Source of the DNA: a virus
Taxonomy: Duplodnaviria > Caudoviricetes
DNA: 55,955 nt
IMG/VR virus record: IMGVR_UViG_3300044904_000040
Coordinates: 1 to 55,955 of that record
Direction: 5' to 3' (one strand)
Shown here one piece after another: positions 18,773-26,773 of this stretch. The notes under the pieces were generated by a model. That model worked only from the letters and a program-made list of their open reading frames with translations. It was not told the origin of the DNA and did no database searches. How positions within the stretch are numbered: the stretch's first letter is position 1; each line of letters begins with the position of its first letter. The translations under genes were made by a program, and so were the position numbers.

Positions 18773-19461
18773 CGTTGCGTTTCCTGCTGCACGTAATTTC
18801 GTTTGACGGCGTGGCGGCGCATCATTGTTGCTACTCGGCGCGTGTCGAGCATCCATTTAGTTGCGTGGCGCGCAATAAATGCAAAGCAAACCACAGCCAG
18901 GTTTAACATAATCTTGCGCCGCGGGCGTGATCTGGCCGGCTGGCGTCGGGCTCTCGCTAGGTCAACCGGCTCGGCTGTCAGGTGGTGGCGATGGCTCGGC
19001 GCTGTCGTGCCAGGGATCGAGCGCAAGCCGGTGGCGAGGTCGGCCGCCGTGTCCTGCGTGGCTGTCGCGTGGCTCTGCATGTGCTGCGGTGTGGCGGTGT
19101 GCATGGCGCGATAATGCGGCGCCGCCGCGTGCGCTGTCGAGCGTGCCAGCTTAACCCACTGGAATTGCGCGTGATGTTCTCGTGTTCTCATTCCACAAAT
19201 CGTTCGCGGAGTATGAAAAGGGAACAAATCGCTCTGGCCGTGAGGCAGGGTAGTTGCACCGGGCCGTCTGTCACAGGCCTGTAGCGCCAAAAATCCAGGG
19301 TTAGCGTGGGCTGTGAACATCTCGATTTATTCTCGATTATTCGATATCGCACGTTTTCAAGCACTTAGCGTCCATGCGTCGCAAATTCTCTCCCCCCTCT
19401 TTCCCCTCTAAATCCGGCGATAAAATCGTGTCATTTATCTGCTGCGCTATGAATGAGTGTG

Positions 19462-19490
19462 TTGTGTCTGCGCACATATGCGCGTATATA
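19462..19490 (+). promoter_or_regulatory. Putative sigma70-type early promoter
   Basis: TTGTGT-17 nt-TATATA upstream of the first early gene; spacer holds the near-palindrome CGCACATATGCGCG. Confidence 0.5.
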
Positions 19491-19539
19491 GATGGTGCGG
19501 CCTGGGTTCCTCCGTGGCTCTGATTAGAGGGTTCTCACC

Positions 19540-19728
19540 ATGATGACGATTTCTTTGCTGGCGGTTGGGGTTGGCTTCGTTGGCTCGGCTGGTTGCGTTG
19601 GCCTGCTGGGCGTCGAGCGTTCGTGGCGGCGGGTTGGCGGGCTGCGGTTCTGGCGTGTGGGTCGGCTCGGTGGGTCTTTCTATGTGGCTGCGCGCCGTAG
19701 CGGCGCGGCTGTGAAGGGAGCGGTGTGA
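19540..19728 (+). CDS. Small early protein (hydrophobic N-terminus)
   Basis: GAGGG RBS; coupled to the next gene. Confidence 0.5.
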   Translation: MMTISLLAVGVGFVGSAGCVGLLGVERSWRRVGGLRFWRVGRLGGSFYVAARRSGAAVKGAV

Positions 19729-19907
19729 TGTCGGGGCGTTCATGGCGTGTTGTGTGTGAGGGGCTTGGGACCGGGCATCTGTGGCTTTGTGTGAGCGCGG
19801 CTCGGTCGGCTCTGCGTGATGGTTCGGTGGCGGGCGCGGATGCGGTGGTTAATGCCGTGTTCCTGGGTGTGGCGCGCGGTGTGCTGGTGCGTCGGGGGGT
19901 CGTGTGA
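19725..19907 (+). CDS. Small early protein
   Basis: GTGATG coupling, GGGAG RBS. Confidence 0.5.
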   Translation: MMSGRSWRVVCEGLGTGHLWLCVSAARSALRDGSVAGADAVVNAVFLGVARGVLVRRGVV

Positions 19908-20128
19908 TGGGTCTGTATTCCACGGCTTTGGCTTGCGAACGGGCGGAGGCGGATTTCACTGAGGCTCTGGCGCGGGTGTGGGGGGCGCGGGCTTGTGAGA
20001 TGCGCTACGCGACATTTTCGCAGATGGGCAGGGAGTGCGCCGCGCTGCTGGTGATTAAATCGGCGGCGGATGCGGAGCGGTCGCGCGTGTATTACGCGCA
20101 CATTGATGCGGTGGGGGGGCGGGTGTGA
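19904..20128 (+). CDS. Small early protein
   Basis: GTGATG coupling. Confidence 0.55.
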   Translation: MMGLYSTALACERAEADFTEALARVWGARACEMRYATFSQMGRECAALLVIKSAADAERSRVYYAHIDAVGGRV

Positions 20129-20322
20129 TGGCAACGCTGCGAATTGAAATCCAGACGGACAACGCGGTTTTTGACGATGGTGAGTGCCAGGAGGTTTCGC
20201 GCATCCTGCGGGCGCTGGCAGATGAGTATGACGCGGTGCTGCGGCTGGATCTGGTGGCGCCGCTGCTGCTGGATCTGAACGGCAATGCCGTTGGCGTGGC
20301 GCGGGTGCTGCGGGCGGCATGA
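20125..20322 (+). CDS. Conserved small phage protein
   Basis: IEIQTDNAVF...EVSRILRALAD...LDLNGNAVG pattern recalled from phage early regions. Confidence 0.7.
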   Translation: MMATLRIEIQTDNAVFDDGECQEVSRILRALADEYDAVLRLDLVAPLLLDLNGNAVGVARVLRAA

Positions 20323-20393
20323 CGGGCTTGCCAGGGTGCGCCCTGGCTTTCCTGTCCTGGCGTTGGGTCGGGGCGATTTGAGGGGGTTACACC

Positions 20394-20696
20394 ATGGGCG
20401 TTTTCACGAATTTGCGGGGGCCACACTGCGCACGGGATCGGCGCGAGTGCGTGCAAGGCTGGTCGGCTGGTCAGATTGTCGAATCCCTGCGCACGGCTCG
20501 GGAGTCGTTGGAGACTTTCGCGGCGAGCATGGAATCGGGGATGGCCGGCGAGCGTTCGCCGTGGATTTGGGCTTGGTCGGCGTCGTGGCTGGGCACGCTG
20601 CGGGCGGAACAGCGGCGGCGGGCTTGGCTGCGGGTGCGGGACGCCTGGGCGAAAGATGCGTCTGACGCGCGGCGCGAGTTCGGGGGGCGGGTGTGA
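20394..20696 (+). CDS. Small early protein
   Basis: GAGGGGG RBS after a hairpin. Confidence 0.55.
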   Translation: MGVFTNLRGPHCARDRRECVQGWSAGQIVESLRTARESLETFAASMESGMAGERSPWIWAWSASWLGTLRAEQRRRAWLRVRDAWAKDASDARREFGGRV

Positions 20697-20998
20697 TGGG
20701 GATCACTCAATCGGGGTTGGCTGCGGTTGCGGCGGCGCCGCTGTCCGGGCCGGTGGCGGATCTGGTGGCGCTGCGTGATGAGGCTGTGGCGGCGGCGCTG
20801 CGTGATGTGTGTGTAGGCGAGCGGTTCCGGGGTGCGCTGCCGCGTGCGACTGCGGCGGGTTACACGGCGGCCGATCCGGTGGCGCGGTCCTGCTTTGTCT
20901 CGCTCTATCTGAACGCTCTGGCGGTGCTGGCTCCTGACGGCGTTCGCACGGATGCCGGCGGCTACGTGGTCGGCCTGGGGCGCGCGTCTGCGGTCTGA
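20693..20998 (+). CDS. Small early protein
   Basis: GTGATG coupling. Confidence 0.55.
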   Translation: MMGITQSGLAAVAAAPLSGPVADLVALRDEAVAAALRDVCVGERFRGALPRATAAGYTAADPVARSCFVSLYLNALAVLAPDGVRTDAGGYVVGLGRASAV

Positions 20999-21077
20999 CG
21001 GTCTGGCTTGCCAGGGTTCGCGCCCTGGCTTTCCAGATGGCCGGGTTGTCTGTCCATCTTTTCGAGGGGATCGCCAC

Positions 21078-21935
21078 ATGTCGTTCATTCGTTCATCGTC
21101 TAAGCTGGGTTCCGTTGCGCTGTCTGATGATCAGCTTTTGCGGCTGGCGCCGTCGATTTTCGCGGCCGCCCGGCACGAGTCGAGGTCGGCGCGATACAGC
21201 TATATCCCGACGTCTGAGATTTTGGCCGGGATGCGCAAGGAGGGGTTTTTGCCCACTTTCGCGAAACAGGGCGGATCGCGCGTGGTCGGCAAGGCGGCCT
21301 TTACCAAGCACCTGATCAGGTTTCGGCGCGTGGATCAGATGGCCATCAAGCCGGCGCTCGGCGCGCTGTATCCCGAAGTGGTCTTGATCAATTCGCACGA
21401 TGGCACGTCGGCGTATCAGGTCAGCGCGGGCTTGATGCGGCTGGCGTGCCTGAACGGAATGATGGTGGCCGACAAGGAATTCGCGAGCGTCCGCGTGCCT
21501 CACAAAGGCGATGTGATGGGGCAGGTAATCGAGGGCAGTTTCACAGTGTTGGACGAATCGACTCGGGCATTGGATGTGGCCGAAGCCTGGGCCGGCGTCA
21601 CGCTGTCGAACGATGAGCGGCGGATCATGGCTGAGAGCGCGCACATGATCAGGTTCGCGGATTCGGAGGGCAAGATCACGACTCCGATCCAGCCGGCTCA
21701 ACTGCTGCACGCGCGGCGGACGGATGATCGCGGGTCGGACCTGTGGACCGTCAACAACGTCCTGCAAGAGAACGCGATCCGCGGCGGGCAAACTGCCTGG
21801 GGGCGTGATGCGCAGGGGCGCGGCCGTCGGGTGACGTCGCGCGAGGTCGGCGCGATTGATCAAGACGTGAAGATCAACCGGGCACTCTGGCACTTGTCCA
21901 CTGAAATGGCGAAGCTCAAAGGCGTCTACGTCTGA
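21078..21935 (+). CDS. DUF932 family protein
   Basis: APSIFA...HESRSARYSYIPT, FTKHLIRFR, LINSHDGTSAYQ, RLACLNG, QENAIRGG motifs. Confidence 0.9.
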   Translation: MSFIRSSSKLGSVALSDDQLLRLAPSIFAAARHESRSARYSYIPTSEILAGMRKEGFLPTFAKQGGSRVVGKAAFTKHLIRFRRVDQMAIKPALGALYPEVVLINSHDGTSAYQVSAGLMRLACLNGMMVADKEFASVRVPHKGDVMGQVIEGSFTVLDESTRALDVAEAWAGVTLSNDERRIMAESAHMIRFADSEGKITTPIQPAQLLHARRTDDRGSDLWTVNNVLQENAIRGGQTAWGRDAQGRGRRVTSREVGAIDQDVKINRALWHLSTEMAKLKGVYV

Positions 21936-22023
21936 CCGGGGACGGTCGGGTTTTCCGCCTGGGGCAACCTGGGCGGGCTTCCTGACCGGCAATGGCGCCG
22001 GGCTGTTAGAGGGTTTCACCACA

Positions 22024-22374
22024 ATGATCAGAACGATTCTAGAAGTCAGCACGGGGCATCTGTGCCCTGCGACGTGTAAGAAGTTGGATGCCTGGGCGGG
22101 GCGCATCGATTTTGCAAATCGTAAATCCGATAGTGCGATGTTGCCTGTGTTCATGGGTGGAACTGAGTTTGGTTGGCTGGTTCGCTGCATGAACGCAACC
22201 GGATTTACTGCGGGAGAGGGTGACAACGATATGCCGGCGGATTTGCTGGCCTGCCTGACGGTCGGGGACTGCCTGGGCGTTGATTTCGTGCTGTTCGATG
22301 CTGACGCAGATGAGTTCGCATCGATGCCGTGGGGCGGCGGTCCAAGCGGCGATAGTGTGCGGGAGGCGGTGTGA
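22024..22374 (+). CDS. Small early protein (DUF5983-like)
   Basis: LEVSTGHL...FGWLV...PADLLACL...VLFDADA pattern. Confidence 0.65.
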   Translation: MIRTILEVSTGHLCPATCKKLDAWAGRIDFANRKSDSAMLPVFMGGTEFGWLVRCMNATGFTAGEGDNDMPADLLACLTVGDCLGVDFVLFDADADEFASMPWGGGPSGDSVREAV

Positions 22375-22685
22375 TGGGCGACGTTTCCACGGCTGCGGCG
22401 GATTGGGTGGCGCTGATATCCGATCCGGCGCGAATGGTGGCGCTGGGTCTGCTGGCTGCTGCGCTCAAGGCGGGCGAGGTCAATCAGGCTGATGTGCTGA
22501 AGCTGCTCGCAATGAATGATCCGCCATTGGCGGGCGTGGTCGATCAGGCGCGCGATTTGATCAAACGGCCGCGCAATCTGGACTCGTCTGATCTGGAAAT
22601 TGACGATGAGCCAATGTGCAGCGATGCGGCGGGCGGGTGCTGGGTGTCGGCCTGGGTGTGGGTCGATGATGCCGGGGAGGGCTGA
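22371..22685 (+). CDS. Small early protein
   Basis: LEIDDEP...GCWVSAWVWV motif; GGAGG RBS. Confidence 0.65.
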   Translation: MMGDVSTAAADWVALISDPARMVALGLLAAALKAGEVNQADVLKLLAMNDPPLAGVVDQARDLIKRPRNLDSSDLEIDDEPMCSDAAGGCWVSAWVWVDDAGEG

Positions 22686-22688
22686 GAG

Positions 22689-22898
22689 ATGGCCGAGTCC
22701 AAACCGCTGGCGCGGGTCCACCGATTCCGGGGCGAAGTGGCCGTTTCTTTGCTGCTGGGGCCTACCGCGTATTTCGATCCGGCCGTTGCTCGGGTGCTGG
22801 CTGCGGCGCTGATTCAAGCTGCTACCGATTGCGAGAGGGTGGATTTTTGCGAGTCGAAATTTCAGACGGTGGCGATCATGGGGGAGGCGGGCAAATGA
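22689..22898 (+). CDS. Small early protein
   Basis: GGAGG RBS. Confidence 0.55.
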   Translation: MAESKPLARVHRFRGEVAVSLLLGPTAYFDPAVARVLAAALIQAATDCERVDFCESKFQTVAIMGEAGK

Positions 22899-23251
22899 CG
22901 GAGTTTTCGCTAAGGCAAGACAAGCTGGCCAACCGGGATTGGCTGCTCCGGGCCAGTGAGGCGCAAGTGCTGGCCAAGCTGCACAGCGCGCGGGCCACGA
23001 TGTTTCGGAACGGGTTTCTTGGGCTTGCCGCCTGGGCGTGGGCGTGGGCTGCGTCGCGCGCCGGTATGTGGCGGGCGGAAGCCATTCTTGATTCGCAATT
23101 GCGGGCTCTCGATCCGGCGCCGGTTGATCCGACACACTCGCCACCGGAAGCGCGGGTGAAGCTCGGCGGCGATCCGCGCGGGCGGTGCGCTTCGCTGCTT
23201 CTCCCTGGTGTGTTCGGTGACGGCTGGGGTGACGGGTTCTCAATTTTTTGA
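22895..23251 (+). CDS. Small early protein
   Basis: ATGA coupling, GGAGG RBS; GGDPRG motif. Confidence 0.55.
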   Translation: MTEFSLRQDKLANRDWLLRASEAQVLAKLHSARATMFRNGFLGLAAWAWAWAASRAGMWRAEAILDSQLRALDPAPVDPTHSPPEARVKLGGDPRGRCASLLLPGVFGDGWGDGFSIF

Positions 23252-23264
23252 AGGGATTGGTTCG

Positions 23265-23456
23265 ATGAACGATCGTGAAAAGTCGGCGGTGCTGGCGCTG
23301 TTCGATGCAATGGCAACCGTGGAAGCGGAAAGCGGCTCGGTGCGGGCCTATGGGCTGGATGAACTGCAAAGGCAGGTTGACGCCCGGACGCTGCGGCGAA
23401 CGGCTGCGGCAGAACGGCTGGCGCGCTGCAAGGATGATCTGCGGGCGATGCTGTAG
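23265..23456 (+). CDS. Small early protein
   Basis: AAGGGA RBS. Confidence 0.5.
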   Translation: MNDREKSAVLALFDAMATVEAESGSVRAYGLDELQRQVDARTLRRTAAAERLARCKDDLRAML

Positions 23457-23544
23457 CGGCGGCGGTGCCGTTTCCTGCCCTGGCGCAAGCTGGGGCGGGT
23501 TCCGGGATCGGCGTTGTGATCCGACACCACATGAGGGCAACACC

Positions 23545-23808
23545 ATGGCGAAGTATTCTTGTGAGGGCTTCCGATCAGTCGAAGCGCGATCGGTGAACGA
23601 TGCGGCGCGTGCATTTGCGCGGCGGGCCGCTTTTCGGGCGCTAGGTCGGCGCGGTGCGGTCTGCGTGCTGCGGCTGGCACATTGGAATAACGGCGGATCC
23701 TGGGCGGAATTTTCGGCGTTTCTCGGCAAGCCGGCGCGCGAGGGCGGCGGGATGGTGGGGCACAATGTCACGCTTTACGTGACGCGCTGCGAAGGGGGCC
23801 GAGTGTGA
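23545..23808 (+). CDS. Small early protein
   Basis: GAGGG RBS after a hairpin. Confidence 0.55.
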   Translation: MAKYSCEGFRSVEARSVNDAARAFARRAAFRALGRRGAVCVLRLAHWNNGGSWAEFSAFLGKPAREGGGMVGHNVTLYVTRCEGGRV

Positions 23809-24131
23809 TGGGCGATCGTGTTTCGATCAGTGGCGAAACCGCGCGGCGGCTGGCTCTGAAGTGGGGCGGGTGGTGGGCTGTCGTCCTCCACCACGACGAT
23901 ACGCTGGCCGTGGTCGGCGGGCGGGGCGCGTGGCTTCGCCTGGCGCGTCTGCCTGTCGTCGCGTCGTGGTGGAGCCATGAGGCCGGGGCGGTCTGTGACG
24001 GGGCTTGCAGGGTCGGCACAGATGGCCCGGCTTGGGACGATGAATTTCTGCCGAACACGGGCAACAACAGCACGGCACGGGCGCGCGTTGCGCCTGCGCA
24101 GGGCTGGGAGCGGTCAACAGCGCATTATTGA
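23805..24131 (+). CDS. Small early protein
   Basis: GTGATG coupling; 3' part uncertain. Confidence 0.4.
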   Translation: MMGDRVSISGETARRLALKWGGWWAVVLHHDDTLAVVGGRGAWLRLARLPVVASWWSHEAGAVCDGACRVGTDGPAWDDEFLPNTGNNSTARARVAPAQGWERSTAHY

Positions 24132-24144
24132 GGAGGACACCACA

Positions 24145-24258
24145 ATGACAACCGATTGGCTGATTGCGTGCATCGGCGGCTGGGCCTGGGGCTGCGTGCT
24201 GGTGATCTGGTGCATGTCGCGTGTACCCTGGCGGGATGATGGGGAGAGTAGGCCATGA
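24145..24258 (+). CDS. Small membrane peptide (37 aa)
   Basis: GAGGAGG RBS; hydrophobic Trp/Cys-rich stretch. Confidence 0.5.
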   Translation: MTTDWLIACIGGWAWGCVLVIWCMSRVPWRDDGESRP

Positions 24259-24476
24259 AATTGCACATAGTTTCGCTGACGATCAGCGATATTGAAGACG
24301 CGATCTATGCCGTGAAGGCGTATTGCAATGAAAACAGATATCATCCTGGGCTGTCGGCGCGGCAGCGGTGGCACCGGCTGTCCAACACGCTCGCAAAGCT
24401 GGAACTGGCGCGGGATATTGCGCTGTCTGAACCGCGGGAATCTTTAGACCCTCGGCCGCCAACGGTGGAAGGATGA
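24255..24476 (+). CDS. Hypothetical protein
   Basis: ATGA coupling. Confidence 0.5.
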   Translation: MKLHIVSLTISDIEDAIYAVKAYCNENRYHPGLSARQRWHRLSNTLAKLELARDIALSEPRESLDPRPPTVEG

Positions 24477-24480
24477 CACC

Positions 24481-24831
24481 ATGAGCGATCAAATTCCAGA
24501 TGCCGTGCCGCAAAAGAACAAGGGCGGGCGACCCAAAGGGTCGATAGACAAGCCGGCGTCCACACGGGAATACATCAAGCTGTTGCGCGCGGTCGGGTGG
24601 GAACCCGCGGAACTGGCGCGGCGATCGGGATATTCGATGGCCACGGTCAATCAATGGTCCGTTGGCTGGGATCACCTGGGGAAAGAATATCGGCCGCCTC
24701 CATTCATTATCGAACATTTGACACGCCATGCGGCGTGGCTGAAGGCGAATCGCTTGCCATTCCGGCGCGTTCGGGCCTACACCAAAAAATCGGCCCATTG
24801 GTCGAAAGGCGTTTCCTCCCTGGTCGAGTGA
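24481..24831 (+). CDS. HTH (XRE-like) DNA-binding protein
   Basis: LRAVGWEPAELARRSGYSMATVNQW HTH; N-terminal GGRPKGS AT-hook-like motif. Confidence 0.7.
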   Translation: MSDQIPDAVPQKNKGGRPKGSIDKPASTREYIKLLRAVGWEPAELARRSGYSMATVNQWSVGWDHLGKEYRPPPFIIEHLTRHAAWLKANRLPFRRVRAYTKKSAHWSKGVSSLVE

Positions 24832-24838
24832 CCCACTT

Positions 24839-24869
24839 CCCCCGCACCGAAACTGCGGGGGATTTTTTT
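24839..24869 (+). terminator. Rho-independent terminator of the early operon
   Basis: CCCCCGCA-ccgaaac-TGCGGGGG followed by ATTTTTTT. Confidence 0.8.
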
Positions 24870-24909
24870 GGCATATAGGCCGGATAGTTTTTCTCGGCGG
24901 CCAATTTTT

Positions 24910-25290
24910 TCAGATCGTTGCGGTGGCTGGTTTGGTTTTCCGCATCCTGGCGAGCCAGCGCGAGGCCGCGGCACGATCCAGCATGGGTTGCAGCAACGGG
25001 CGGGGCGCTGATTTTTCATGCGGCTCGAACGGCACACTTCGGCATGTCGGATTTTCTGCGATGGCGCGGACTGCGCAGGCATGAACTTTTCCGCTTATCC
25101 GGCCGGGCACGACCCATTGCAGATCGGGGCATCCGGCATCGACCAACGCACGGCAGAGCGCGAAAATGGATCCACCTACGGCCATCTCGGAAAACTCCTG
25201 GCCTTCCCAAATTGCGGAGGCGGTATGGGTGCCGCTGGGGTTCTCGTGAAGCGTCACGGTGATGATGGGGTGCGATGTGGTGTCTGACAT
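24910..25290 (-). CDS. Hypothetical protein
   Basis: AAGGAGGT RBS before ATG 25290 (MSDTTSHPII). Confidence 0.6.
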   Translation of the reverse strand: MSDTTSHPIITVTLHENPSGTHTASAIWEGQEFSEMAVGGSIFALCRALVDAGCPDLQWVVPGRISGKVHACAVRAIAENPTCRSVPFEPHEKSAPRPLLQPMLDRAAASRWLARMRKTKPATATI

Positions 25291-25364
25291 GGTGTTTTTA
25301 ACCTCCTTGCGGCTCCGCCTGGGCCGGTCTGGCATCAGGCCGGTAGGGTAGCAGCCCGCGAGGG

Positions 25365-25865
25365 CTAAGGGGCGTCTGAGGCGAGATATCGCAGAACAGC
25401 GGCGGCGCGTCGGATCTCCTTGATTTCGTCCTGCAGCAGAGCAACCACGGCGGCCGGGGATGGGAAAAAATCGAATTTCTGAGCGGCGGCGCGCTGGGTC
25501 TTGGCGTTGAAGGCGCCGGCCGGGATATCCGCCAGGGCTTGCGCGAACAGCGTCACCACGCCGGGCATGGCATCGAACGCGGGAGCGCCGCGGCAAAGTG
25601 TGAGCATTTCCAGCCAAACTTTGATCAGCGCCGGCGACGGGCCTTTCGTGGCGGCGATCGCGACCGGCAGCAGCGAGGCGGCGAGCAGCGAAATGTCAGG
25701 GGTTTTGGTCAGGCTGGCGGGCACCTTGATCGCACGGGAGCCGTCGGAAGGCGGGGCCGTCCACCGCATTTCGTAATCCTCGGACAGCCACGCATGGAGG
25801 TCGGCCGGGAATTTTTCGACGTGCAGGGAAACATTTTGCGCGGTGGTGGTGACACTGCGGGTCAT
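25365..25865 (-). CDS. Hypothetical replication-associated protein (possible helicase loader)
   Basis: Coupled downstream of the initiator; ALADIPA...FFPSPA motif typical of such loader-like proteins. Confidence 0.55.
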   Translation of the reverse strand: MTRSVTTTAQNVSLHVEKFPADLHAWLSEDYEMRWTAPPSDGSRAIKVPASLTKTPDISLLAASLLPVAIAATKGPSPALIKVWLEMLTLCRGAPAFDAMPGVVTLFAQALADIPAGAFNAKTQRAAAQKFDFFPSPAAVVALLQDEIKEIRRAAAVLRYLASDAP

Positions 25866-26773
25866 CGGCGGGCTTCCTCGAAAATCGATCCTTCGATCGT
25901 GTTGAAATCCGCCATCAGATCGGCGGGTTCCTCGTCCATCAATCCCATCGCGCCCAGCTTTTTGGCGAGATCGGTTTGATACGCTGATTTTTGCGGCTGG
26001 TGTAATTTCGTTTGCCGGGTGTCCTGCCTGGGTTCGAAAACTCCCTGCCAGCCGGCGGCGGTGGATGCGTCCAGTGCTGCGGCGACGTCGAGCCCGCGGT
26101 CATGGAAGCCCTCCAATTTCCGAATTAGGATTTTCGCTGCGATCGGCGTGAGGGGCTTACGCGATTGGCGCCTGCCTTCGACAAACTCGGACCATGAACG
26201 CAGGGGCATCCAATTGGGGAGCACAGCGACCAACGCCACGGGGGCTGGCTTCGGCGTTTTGGGGGAGGGGGGTTCTTTCTTACTTTCTTTCTTTTTTGAT
26301 TCTGAAAGGGATTCAGAAAGGGAGTCTTCCTTCTCTTTCTTCTCTATCTCTTTATGTAGTTGTAGAGAGCATTGCGTTCGCATATGCGGATCGTATGCGT
26401 TCGCATCAGGCTTGTCATTGATATCATTGGGAACAGGGGTATTTTTCTTGTTCCAACGTGAGCCCGCGGATCTCGATGCTTCCTCACATTTTTTTTGCGT
26501 TTTTGCCCGCTCTTTGTCGAGCCGACGCTGGATCAGGCCTTCAGCGATGGCGGAAAAAAAAGGCAAAACAACCCCTGAGATTTTCGTTTTCCAGCGTCCG
26601 ATTGTGCAACGGGTGATCTGCGCCAGGGACTCGTCATCGGCCGGCAGGAAGCCGCGGCGCCACTGGTGCATCAGCAGCAGCAAATAGGCGCCATGCTGTT
26701 CCGTGGTCAGGTGCGCGGTGTCTCCCAAATAATCTCCGATATAAAGTGGCATCCAATTCGAGATCGCGCTCAT
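25862..26773 (-). CDS. Replication initiator, DUF1376/YdaU family
   Basis: WMPLYIGDYLGDTAHLTTEQHGAYLLLLMHQW N-terminus; AGWQGVF C-terminal motif. Confidence 0.88.
   Translation of the reverse strand: MSAISNWMPLYIGDYLGDTAHLTTEQHGAYLLLLMHQWRRGFLPADDESLAQITRCTIGRWKTKISGVVLPFFSAIAEGLIQRRLDKERAKTQKKCEEASRSAGSRWNKKNTPVPNDINDKPDANAYDPHMRTQCSLQLHKEIEKKEKEDSLSESLSESKKKESKKEPPSPKTPKPAPVALVAVLPNWMPLRSWSEFVEGRRQSRKPLTPIAAKILIRKLEGFHDRGLDVAAALDASTAAGWQGVFEPRQDTRQTKLHQPQKSAYQTDLAKKLGAMGLMDEEPADLMADFNTIEGSIFEEARR

Noticed and set aside
20321-23509. Early-region hairpins as a CRISPR array or rho-independent terminators
   Set aside because: Separated by whole genes, sequences not identical, no cas genes, no U-tracts
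21093-23771. 892 aa minus-strand ORF
   Set aside because: Shadow of the plus-strand early genes, which have RBSs, coupling and recognisable motifs; product is low-complexity Arg/Pro/His-rich
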